Source: an uncultured virus (IMG/VR IMGVR_UViG_3300025922_000012)
Lineage: Duplodnaviria; Heunggongvirae; Uroviricota; Caudoviricetes
IMG/VR virus record: IMGVR_UViG_3300025922_000012
DNA length: 20,000 nt
Strand: one strand, 5' to 3'
The translations under genes were made by a program, and so were the position numbers. Under the pieces are notes generated by a model. That model did not search any database, had not been told where the DNA came from, and saw only the letters and a program-made list of their open reading frames with translations. Positions 1-7,354 of this stretch are shown here, piece after piece (position 1 is the first letter of the stretch; each line of letters starts with the position of its first letter).

Positions 1-30
1 CCGTCCGAAGCGTTGAAACTGGACGAATGA
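1..30 (+). CDS. 3' end of a CDS entering from the left (partial)
   Basis: Frame 1 reads PSEALKLDE* and its TGA overlaps the next ATG (ATGA at 27-30). Confidence 0.4.
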   Translation, partial: PSEALKLDE

Positions 31-248
31 GCGCCGAGCCTATCGACCTGGAGGATCTGATCGCCTTGCTCCGTTCATCCTGGACGGAACGCTACAGCCG
101 GGGTCGGATCCTGCACGTGCACCGCAACGCGATCCGCACGCCGAAAGGCGGATTGATTCACTTACGGGTACTCGTCCAACAAATTGCCGAGGACGATCTT
201 TCATTACAAGGGAGAAACGATGCCGAAGATCAAATACCAAGCGTGTAA
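27..248 (+). CDS. Hypothetical protein (73 aa)
   Basis: ATGA coupling with the upstream ORF; overlaps the next gene by 29 nt; no motif recognised. Confidence 0.45.
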   Translation: MSAEPIDLEDLIALLRSSWTERYSRGRILHVHRNAIRTPKGGLIHLRVLVQQIAEDDLSLQGRNDAEDQIPSV

Positions 249-1140
249 CTTCCAAAAGGCCACGCTGGAGATCATCGCCAAAGCGAACGAGATCATCGAG
301 TCGTATCAGGATCAAGGATTCGATCTCACGCTCCGGCAGTTGTATTACCAGTTCGTCGCGCGGGACATCATCCGCAACAAGCAGAAGGAATACATGCGGC
401 TGGCGTCGATCGTCAACGATGCGAGACTCGCCGGCCTGATCGATTGGGAAGCCATCGTAGACCGCACGCGCAACCTTGCGGATCTCTCCCACTGGAACGA
501 TCCGAGCGACATCGTACAAGCCGTCGCCGAACAGTACCGCGTCGATCTCTGGTCAACGCAGAAGATGCGCGTGGAAGTTTGGATCGAGAAGGATGCGCTC
601 GCCGGCATCTTGGAGTCGGTCTGCCCTGATCTCGACGTGCCGTACTTCTCCTGCCGTGGCTACACGTCGCAATCGGAGATGTGGGGCGCGGCGATGCGGA
701 TCGTGAAGCGGGCCAAGAAGGGTCAGGCGACCACCATCCTGCATTTCGGCGATCACGATCCAAGTGGGATCGACATGACGCGGGACATTGAGGATCGCCT
801 CCGGCTGTTCTCGCGACATCACATCCCCGGTAAGCCGGTATTTGTGATCAAACGCCTCGCGCTGAACATGGATCAGATCCAAGAGTACAACCCTCCCCCG
901 AACCCGGCCAAAGTCACAGACAGCCGCTTTGAGGGCTACCAGCGGGAGCATGGCGACGAATCCTGGGAGCTTGACGCCTTGGAGCCGTCCGTGCTGGCGG
1001 GGTTGATCTCAGAAGAGATCGAAGAACTAATCGACGCCGATGCGATGGACGAGCGCAAGGCCGAGCAGGAGCGATCCCGCGAACGGCTACAGGCCGTGTC
1101 GGATCGGTGGGATGACGTCGTTAACTTCGTGGAAGAGTAA
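220..1140 (+). CDS. Topoisomerase VI subunit A/Spo11-like TOPRIM protein (Mini-A type)
   Basis: GGAG RBS before ATG 220. Winged-helix motif LTLRQLYY (candidate catalytic Tyr); TOPRIM motifs VEVWIEKDAL, CRGY and LHFGDHDPSGIDM (DxD). Confidence 0.8.
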   Translation: MPKIKYQACNFQKATLEIIAKANEIIESYQDQGFDLTLRQLYYQFVARDIIRNKQKEYMRLASIVNDARLAGLIDWEAIVDRTRNLADLSHWNDPSDIVQAVAEQYRVDLWSTQKMRVEVWIEKDALAGILESVCPDLDVPYFSCRGYTSQSEMWGAAMRIVKRAKKGQATTILHFGDHDPSGIDMTRDIEDRLRLFSRHHIPGKPVFVIKRLALNMDQIQEYNPPPNPAKVTDSRFEGYQREHGDESWELDALEPSVLAGLISEEIEELIDADAMDERKAEQERSRERLQAVSDRWDDVVNFVEE

Positions 1141-1159
1141 GCCGGGAGATAATACGCAT

Positions 1160-1465
1160 ATGGCTAGAGCCGCCGACGCCAAGACCTACCTGCTCAAAGG
1201 GATCCCAAAAGACGTCTACGAAGCCGCCCAGAAGAAAGCGGCCGAGAACCGCCCCCCGTTGTCGATGCGATGGGTGTTTATCAGCCTGTTGGAGAAATGG
1301 GTCGGGATGGCTCCACCACAAAAGGCGAGGGAGCCCAAGGCCGACACGCCCAAGGCTCCCAGAGCGCGTAAGGTAAAGCCGCCTACGGAGATCAACGACG
1401 AACAGATCCAGATCGAACAACCCCGTCAAGAAGTTGACGATCTGGATCTTACGTCAGTTTTTTGA
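1160..1465 (+). CDS. Ribbon-helix-helix (Arc/CopG-like) DNA-binding protein with a disordered tail
   Basis: GGGAG upstream of ATG 1160. KTYLLKGIPKDVYEAAQKKAAE..SMRWVFISLLEKWV fits a beta-alpha-alpha RHH pattern. Confidence 0.6.
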   Translation: MARAADAKTYLLKGIPKDVYEAAQKKAAENRPPLSMRWVFISLLEKWVGMAPPQKAREPKADTPKAPRARKVKPPTEINDEQIQIEQPRQEVDDLDLTSVF

Positions 1466-1469
1466 CGGC

Positions 1470-2138
1470 CTAGAACGGCGCGGAGTCGTCGTCGATCAAC
1501 GCGGGCTCGCTGGCTGGCGCAGGAACGACCGGGACGGCGGAAGGCTCAGACCCTTGCACCGGTTCCGGTTCGCTTGCCGTGGCCTCGCCTGACTCGCCGG
1601 CTGCGGGCTCTGCGCCTTGTGTGGGATCCGCCGCGCCGGCCGTCTCCATCGCCTTCTGGTCCTTCTCGCGCTTCTCCACGTCTGCGAACAACGGGAGATC
1701 GCTCGCATGGGTCGCTTGCCGGAGCCGGTTGGCTACCTGCTCCATGAGTTCGTCGTACTTGTCTTTCGCCGTCTTGGTGTAGCCCTTCAATTCCTCGTGC
1801 CGAGCGTGCGCCTTGAGCGCCTGATCGTTCAGCGCCGCCAGTTCCCCGAGCACCTTCTGAGATTCTTCAGGGGTCGGGAGTTCGATCTTGCCGGGATCGT
1901 AGTCCTTCAACGACGGCATCCCCTGCGAGGTGGATCCGTTGGGCTTGAACGTGGTTACGCGCGCCGCGCTCGCCGTTTCCGCTTCCTTCCGCCGAATCAC
2001 GTCGCCCACGGTTTCCTTTTTCGATCCGCGCTTCTTCCTGGATCCGATGTCCGTCACGGTCGCCGCTCGCTTGCCCTTGACCGCCTTCGCCTTCTTCCCC
2101 TTGGGTTCCTTCTTCTTGCCGATGCGCCTCTTTGCCAT
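1470..2138 (-). CDS. Probable separately translated Lys-rich protein (in-frame internal start, MAKRRIGKKK...)
   Basis: Strong RBS GAGGAG-aaacag-ATG at 2138, exactly where MTase similarity ends. Confidence 0.5.
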   Translation of the reverse strand: MAKRRIGKKKEPKGKKAKAVKGKRAATVTDIGSRKKRGSKKETVGDVIRRKEAETASAARVTTFKPNGSTSQGMPSLKDYDPGKIELPTPEESQKVLGELAALNDQALKAHARHEELKGYTKTAKDKYDELMEQVANRLRQATHASDLPLFADVEKREKDQKAMETAGAADPTQGAEPAAGESGEATASEPEPVQGSEPSAVPVVPAPASEPALIDDDSAPF

Positions 2139-2648
2139 CTGTTTCTCCTCGTCGGTTAACTCGTCCTGCCAACTCCACGGCTCGTATCCGGGTAACTCGT
2201 TCGGGCCGTACAACAACAACGCGATGTCTTTAGGGTACCCAGCCTCGTGCCCTACGAACGCGATCCTTCCGTTCAGAAGGAGCACGCGCGCCTGCTTATC
2301 GACAAACTTCTTCCACCAATTCGATCCCGTCGCAGCCGGAACCAAGACGGCAATATCGGCTCCGTTCGTCGCTTCGTCGCAGGCTTTCGCAACCCACGGC
2401 GCAAGCCTTGAGTACGGCGGATTCAAAAAACTCCAGCCGTCGAACTTCCAACTGACCGATGGATCCAACGCATCGTCGGCTTCGTTGTAGAAGCCTAAAC
2501 AGATGGTGTTCTCGACGGATGCGGCCAGATCAAAAACAAAGTGATCGATCCCAAGTTTCCGACATGCCGCAAGGATGAACTCAGGCGGAGTTCCAACGCT
2601 CGACTCCGACAAGCCTGGACGTTGACGCGGCATTGTGCGCTTCGTCAT
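1470..2648 (-). CDS. Phage Dam-like DNA N6-adenine methyltransferase, in frame with a Lys-rich/coiled-coil/acidic C-terminal region
   Basis: TPPEF..FVFDLAAS.EN, DAL...W, FLNPPYS (motif IV), VLVPA.TGS.WW and GRIAF match the phage Dam family. The start at 2648 forms an ATGA overlap with the upstream stop. Confidence 0.8.
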   Translation of the reverse strand: MTKRTMPRQRPGLSESSVGTPPEFILAACRKLGIDHFVFDLAASVENTICLGFYNEADDALDPSVSWKFDGWSFLNPPYSRLAPWVAKACDEATNGADIAVLVPAATGSNWWKKFVDKQARVLLLNGRIAFVGHEAGYPKDIALLLYGPNELPGYEPWSWQDELTDEEKQMAKRRIGKKKEPKGKKAKAVKGKRAATVTDIGSRKKRGSKKETVGDVIRRKEAETASAARVTTFKPNGSTSQGMPSLKDYDPGKIELPTPEESQKVLGELAALNDQALKAHARHEELKGYTKTAKDKYDELMEQVANRLRQATHASDLPLFADVEKREKDQKAMETAGAADPTQGAEPAAGESGEATASEPEPVQGSEPSAVPVVPAPASEPALIDDDSAPF

Positions 2649-3157
2649 ACGCACGCTCGCATCTTGTCCGCAATCGCGCTCGCGCTACCGCGAACGTACT
2701 CTTTCCAGTGGATCCATTGACCCTCGTGCCAGAAACCCCACTCTCGCACCGCACGAAGGACGATAACGAGCGTCCAGCACGGCTTTCGATCTGGAAAAAG
2801 CGTCAATCGGTGAATGTGCTCGGCAGGGAACGTCCGAATCCACGGAGCGGTGAAATGGGCGATACGCAGCCCGCAGTCGTCAGGGTTTTCGCCGGCCGCA
2901 ACGCAGACGCGGCATGGCGTGTATTCCAGATAGCGGCCTTTCAACCCGATGCTGATGAACCGCTTCGGATGATCGTGGAGATCGCGGCTCCAGTCGTCCC
3001 CGACGAACTTGTGCAGGTAGATCCCGAACCCGCGCCAGAGCGCACGAGGCCAACGTGGTTGGAACAGCGTCCACCGAAACAGATACGTCGGGCATCGCTC
3101 GCCGCCGTTGATCTCTTCGATCTTGAACAATCCAGTCAACAGTTGTTCGACTTTCAC
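2645..3157 (-). CDS. Cupin-like (double-stranded beta-helix) phage protein
   Basis: AGGAG RBS and GTG start. YLHKF..DD..RDLHDHP..F.S..LKG.Y.E ... HIHRL ... CWTL..V.RAVREWGF is a common phage cupin-like pattern. Confidence 0.65.
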   Translation of the reverse strand: MKVEQLLTGLFKIEEINGGERCPTYLFRWTLFQPRWPRALWRGFGIYLHKFVGDDWSRDLHDHPKRFISIGLKGRYLEYTPCRVCVAAGENPDDCGLRIAHFTAPWIRTFPAEHIHRLTLFPDRKPCWTLVIVLRAVREWGFWHEGQWIHWKEYVRGSASAIADKMRACV

Positions 3158-3159
3158 TT

Positions 3160-3745
3160 TCGGCGCTCCTGTTCTATGTACGATCTGATCACCGTCTCAA
3201 CTCCAAGGATCTGTTGCGTTGTCGCCAAGGCTCCAACGAAGAACTACGCGAATGAAAACTGCTTATCCGCCTGTTGTACTACGGGAACGTCAGGCTAATT
3301 CCTTAATCGCGTACTTCATCGGAACCGCTTGCGCGTTCCGAGTCCGAGATTTTGGCGAAGCAGCGCATCCCCGAAGGGACACCTGCAACGCCAGTCTCGT
3401 TCCGCGACGATTCCGGCCCATGTGAGGGGTGACAGCCCCACTCCATGACGCGCTAGACTTTGCCGGCCGCTGCACGGTCGGATGCCCCGCTCTGGCGCTT
3501 CGCAGCCACGGTGCCGGGTTCGGCATTCCCCCAGATTCCCGGCTAAATATCACGACAGATCCCGCTGGTGGTTAGTTCCCGTCCAGAGCCTGCCGTGCGA
3601 AGTTTGGGATTGTCGAAGGCTGATGGTAGGATGGGTTCCGGGAAATCCCGGTTGTCCAAGCTGCTCGTCCCAGCTTCGGCGATCAACGGCTGGCCTTCGC
3701 AGGGCCGGCCGTTTCGTTTGTACGGCGTCCATCTTCCGGCAACTC
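3160..3745. other. Hairpin-dense, probably non-coding region (structured RNA or replication/regulatory element)
   Basis: At least 8 stem-loops, including a UUCG hairpin (3353-3393) and a GCAA hairpin (3319-3341) on the minus strand. The ORFs here look like shadow frames. Confidence 0.5.
3685..3720 (+). terminator. Candidate intrinsic terminator for a plus-strand (antisense) transcript
   Basis: AACGGCTGGCCTT-CGC-AGGGCCGGCCGTT forms a 13-bp stem with two U-G pairs that are valid only on the plus strand, followed by TCGTTTG. Confidence 0.45.
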
Positions 3746-3941
3746 AATCCTGAAAGTCAAATGGCGGCTGTTTCATGCGCCACGCGAAGTAGTCGGCCGA
3801 CGACGGATCCGCGCCGACCCTTTCACATGCGGCCTTGAACTCTCGCCACTCAGACGAACTAATGAGGATCCGATCCGTCCCACGGTCCCGGCTCATATTT
3901 TCGGAAACCCTCTTGAAATCATCTTCCGTGAACTTCATCAC
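3744..3941 (-). CDS. Hypothetical protein (65 aa)
   Basis: Overlap-coupled to the upstream gene; protein-like composition. Confidence 0.6.
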   Translation of the reverse strand: MMKFTEDDFKRVSENMSRDRGTDRILISSSEWREFKAACERVGADPSSADYFAWRMKQPPFDFQD

Positions 3942-4189
3942 CAGATCCTATCTGGCGGCGCGTAGCAGCACAGTGCCATTAAGTGTGCCTTCCAACGCTT
4001 GATGTCGGTGACTTCGGTTTCCGACAACTCCGGCTTGGATCCCCCTGGACCGGAGACGCGCAAGCGATCCCCGTCAGGAGTCAACGCCAGATCCCGATCA
4101 AGGAGCCGATGGAATAAATTGAAAGCCTCTACAGGTACGTCGATTCCGCCGTTCGGGCCTTTGGCGAGGGAGACGATCTCAGCGTCCAT
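3938..4189 (-). CDS. TubC N-terminal docking-domain-like small protein
   Basis: LLDRDLALTPDGDRLRVSGP...LSETEVTDIKRWKAHLMAL matches the TubC_N-like pattern often seen near phage replication genes. Confidence 0.6.
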   Translation of the reverse strand: MDAEIVSLAKGPNGGIDVPVEAFNLFHRLLDRDLALTPDGDRLRVSGPGGSKPELSETEVTDIKRWKAHLMALCCYAPPDRIW

Positions 4190-5225
4190 TTACAACATCC
4201 TCTGGAAACCATGCTTTCGCAATGTGGCGAGCGAGTGGTAGCGGGATCTTGGCGATGCGGGCTGAAGCGGCTTTGCGGGCGCTACTTCGTCCGCTCATTG
4301 ACCCAATCTCGCCGCGAAACCACGCTGGCCCGCTTCCGCGCTGCTTGCACCCATCTGCGGCGTTGTTAATTGAGTTCTCCACCCCGCAATCGCGGCTCGT
4401 GAACCGCGCTCCTTTGCCGATGTCAGTGCGCCGCGTGCTGACCCAAACGGGGTTGATGCACGAACATAAATTGCACGGTTGATCGGGGTTGAAACCGTGT
4501 TCGCTCTCCGGATGCCCGCAGTCACAGATTCGATCTGTCTCCACTTTCACGGCGTCATTTGCGGCGCGCAGATTACGTTCAGCGTGCCCATTGAACGCAA
4601 GGCCGGGACGATGCCTTGGATGATCTGGGGGATACCACCCCATGCCCATCGTCGCCACCTTAACGCCTTCATCGACCGCCTTTGAGCCACGCTCTTTGCT
4701 GTCTGCGATGGCGAACCAAGAGCCTTGAGGATGATTAGATCCATCAGGATTGAACTTCTGACGATGGCGCGGGATCGGCATCAACGCCGGCACGTCTCCC
4801 CACAGGTAGAAGCTCCCGTAGTGCCAACGCGCACGGCCGACGTATTTCTGCGCCCCGCGCACGTTCTCCACCACGAGCGGAATATCCCGGCCAGCCGCCT
4901 CAGATGCCTCTCGTTTGATCCGAAAGCACGCTTCAAATAAAGAGTTATCGGGGGGGGGCAAGGCTTTGGCGCGTTTCCACGGCATCGCCCGGTAACTATA
5001 GGCCTGACACGGAGGGCTGGCGACGATCAGCGCCGCGTCCCTGAGTTGTGAGCCGTGGATTGTCAGCACGTCTTGAATAACCAACTGCGCCGGATACCGT
5101 GCGTCTCCGTACGAGTGCTGTTCAATATCGAATCCGATGACGCGATAGCCTTCGGCGAGCAAGCCTTCGGTCCAGCCTCCAAGGCCGCAGAACAGATCGA
5201 TCGCCAGCGGCTTAGAACTCGGCAC
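4179..5225 (-). CDS. Divergent DNA cytosine-C5 methyltransferase-like protein
   Basis: Motif I IDLFCGLGG, motif II GFDI, motif IV ASPPCQ, motif VI VENV; C-terminal IAKIPLPLARHIA resembles motif X. Confidence 0.8.
   Translation of the reverse strand: MPSSKPLAIDLFCGLGGWTEGLLAEGYRVIGFDIEQHSYGDARYPAQLVIQDVLTIHGSQLRDAALIVASPPCQAYSYRAMPWKRAKALPPPDNSLFEACFRIKREASEAAGRDIPLVVENVRGAQKYVGRARWHYGSFYLWGDVPALMPIPRHRQKFNPDGSNHPQGSWFAIADSKERGSKAVDEGVKVATMGMGWYPPDHPRHRPGLAFNGHAERNLRAANDAVKVETDRICDCGHPESEHGFNPDQPCNLCSCINPVWVSTRRTDIGKGARFTSRDCGVENSINNAADGCKQRGSGPAWFRGEIGSMSGRSSARKAASARIAKIPLPLARHIAKAWFPEDVVNGR
4950..4958 (+). repeat. G9 (C9 on the coding strand) homopolymer inside the C5-MTase
   Basis: Sequence atc-ggggggggg-ca; encodes Pro-Pro-Pro as CCC CCC CCC. 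Confidence 0.9.
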
Positions 5226-6876
5226 TGTTATCGTCCGGTGTTTCCGGTGCGGGATCCGACGCGCTTGCTACTCCTACCTTGTTCCCCATGCGGATGAACT
5301 GGGATCTATGCCGCGCCAGCGTCCCCTTCACCATCGGCATTGTCGCATTCAATTCTTCGGAGATGGCTTTCATGGTGAGCGGGCCTTGGATCAGAAGTTC
5401 CTTGATCCGATCCAAGAGCGGGAACCCGGCCGCAAGTTCCTCAACGTCCTTCAGATTGATTGCTTCAACGAGCGTGCGATCCCCTCGGAAGACCAACTTG
5501 AACCCTTTAGGTTGGAGGAGCGCCCCAACATTGGACTTCCGGTGGTACAGCCCAAACCGCAGTTCGCCGTTGGGATTCTCTGCTGCCCTGCTGATAAACC
5601 AAACAGAACGAGCCCCACATTTGAAGTAGATGCTGCCGAATATAGACGCTTCCCGGTTGTCGTCGTACTGCTTGGGGATGTGGGCGATGTTGAGGGATCC
5701 CACGCGCAACTGCCGGAGACACCTGAAGTATCCGGCCGCGCCTTCCTGGCTCTCCGCTGGCCCGTCTACGGCGAACCCAATCGAGTCGCAGATGATGTAC
5801 TTGATCTTGTACTTCTGAATGATGTCGATCAGATGATCCGCTTCCTGCTTCAGTGAGTGCTCGCAGCGGATGTAATACAGGTTCTTCGGCATCGGTTGGA
5901 AGAGTTGCTTGAGTCGCTTTTTGTGCTCCGCCTGCGAGAACTCCCAATCGGCGTACAGAACTGGGATGTCTTGGTTTGCCAGCATCCCCGCGAGCCACAT
6001 CGCCAACATCGACTTCCCGCTGGCGGCGTCTCCAAAAATGATCTGGGGGAGCTGTTGCAGGAGCGGGAACCCTTCGATCCGCCACGCCTCAGAATCTTCG
6101 TGCTCGTCCTCGACATCCGCCAGCACTTCAGCCGGTTTCCCTCTCCGCTCTGCGGCGATCACCGACGTGATGAAGTCTTCGAGGTTGCCGTACCAATCAA
6201 AACTCTTATCTCCGGCCCGCTCCGCTAACAACTTCGCCCGAGACGTACGCGTGGTCGTACTCGAAAAGTTCATGTCTCCGATCTGGAGGATCCCATCTCC
6301 GAAGGTCTTAGCCTCCGCAAAGTGCCCGTTGACCCTGACGAGTAGTTCGCCGTGTAGTTCTTGGCTGGATCGCCGGAGTCGGTTGACTTCAAACACGATC
6401 CCTTCCGGCTGCAAGGTCAGGCTGTACCGTTGCTCGCCGTGCTCTTGGAAGTGACGGGGTGGAGGGGGGGCGACTTCGATCTTCCGCGTGAGGGCTTCTG
6501 GCGGCAACGGCGCTAACAACGGCGTGGATCGAATCTTGGCTAACAGATCCTCCTTGCTGTACTCCGACAACTCCATCCCGAGTTGCACGACCCGCACGTC
6601 AATCCCGACCTTCTCCACCCCTCGACCGACCACGAACGCATGGGCGAGCGCGGCCGGTCCTGTCGCAATGACTGCCACCCGAGTGACGCGGGCATCCACG
6701 AGTTGATGCGCGAAGACCTGGACCCATCCCCCGACACCGGCAGGGCAACAGGTCGCCGGGAGGCCGAGTTTCCAGATCAGATCCGCTGAGGGGATGTCTT
6801 GCGCGAAGAGGACCGCCCGATGGATGGTGAGATCCTGAAGCCGGTAGACTTCGGGATCCACGTACTCATCGGTCAC
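5212..6876 (-). CDS. Replicative helicase of RecA/AAA_25 (RepA-like) type with a degenerate N-terminal TOPRIM domain and a C-terminal HTH
   Basis: Walker A GDAASGKS, VLYADWE, Walker B IICDS, NIAH and GS..F..GARSVW; TOPRIM-like N-terminus; GTGA overlap with the upstream ORF. Confidence 0.8.
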   Translation of the reverse strand: MTDEYVDPEVYRLQDLTIHRAVLFAQDIPSADLIWKLGLPATCCPAGVGGWVQVFAHQLVDARVTRVAVIATGPAALAHAFVVGRGVEKVGIDVRVVQLGMELSEYSKEDLLAKIRSTPLLAPLPPEALTRKIEVAPPPPRHFQEHGEQRYSLTLQPEGIVFEVNRLRRSSQELHGELLVRVNGHFAEAKTFGDGILQIGDMNFSSTTTRTSRAKLLAERAGDKSFDWYGNLEDFITSVIAAERRGKPAEVLADVEDEHEDSEAWRIEGFPLLQQLPQIIFGDAASGKSMLAMWLAGMLANQDIPVLYADWEFSQAEHKKRLKQLFQPMPKNLYYIRCEHSLKQEADHLIDIIQKYKIKYIICDSIGFAVDGPAESQEGAAGYFRCLRQLRVGSLNIAHIPKQYDDNREASIFGSIYFKCGARSVWFISRAAENPNGELRFGLYHRKSNVGALLQPKGFKLVFRGDRTLVEAINLKDVEELAAGFPLLDRIKELLIQGPLTMKAISEELNATMPMVKGTLARHRSQFIRMGNKVGVASASDPAPETPDDNSAEF

Positions 6877-7340
6877 GACCTATCCTCACGGTCAGGTTCA
6901 GGTGTTATTTGAGCGACCGCGTAATCTCCATCACTCGCATCTCCTTCAGTTCGTAGATTCCCACTGCGTCCCCGTGCTCCATTGAGTCCATCGTTTCCTC
7001 GGCCTGCAACCACGTCGATGCCTTGTCGTTCTGATCCGTCTCGCGCTTCACATAGATCCGCTTCGGGAGTGCCTTCTTTGCCATGTGTCTCTGTCTCCTG
7101 TTGGGTGCGTTGACGTTTTCGCAGGCGTCCGAGCGTGACCGCCACGGTGCCTGCACTCGTTCCTAGAATGCTCGCTATATCAATGGCCGATAGGTGTGTC
7201 TGCTCACTTAATAATCGAACGATCTCTATCTGCCCAAGGTGCTCGCGTAATTGCGCCGCCAAGAGCACGTTAGTGACCCGGATCTCATCGAGCAACCGAT
7301 CAAATGGTGTCTGGTGAGTCTTCGGACCACGCTTTGCCAT
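6873..7340 (-). CDS. HTH DNA-binding protein (sigma70 region 4-like)
   Basis: GGGAG RBS; helix-turn-helix LSAIDIASILGTSAGTVAVTLGRLRK. Confidence 0.7.
   Translation of the reverse strand: MAKRGPKTHQTPFDRLLDEIRVTNVLLAAQLREHLGQIEIVRLLSEQTHLSAIDIASILGTSAGTVAVTLGRLRKRQRTQQETETHGKEGTPEADLCEARDGSERQGIDVVAGRGNDGLNGARGRSGNLRTEGDASDGDYAVAQITPEPDREDRS
6905..7084 (-). CDS. Hypothetical protein (59 aa) nested out of frame in the tail of the HTH gene
   Basis: AGGAG RBS then ATG 7084; MAKKALPKRIYVKRE...GDAVGIYELKEMRVMEITRSLK looks like a real protein. Confidence 0.6.
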   Translation of the reverse strand: MAKKALPKRIYVKRETDQNDKASTWLQAEETMDSMEHGDAVGIYELKEMRVMEITRSLK

Positions 7341-7354
7341 TTAATAACTCCCAC

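Noticed and set aside
3160..3745. tRNA, tmRNA, group I/II intron or hammerhead ribozyme
   Set aside because: No T-loop/cloverleaf, no domain V, no convincing P/Q/R/S elements and no CUGAUGA...GAAA core found by eye.
3290..3747. Two minus-strand ORFs (65 and 87 aa) with 4-nt overlaps
   Set aside because: TTG/GTG starts and R/P/S/A-rich, non-protein-like composition. Treated as non-coding, although the overlaps leave some doubt.
6464..6470. G7 run in the helicase gene
   Set aside because: Short; explained by a poly-Pro linker in a probably essential gene.
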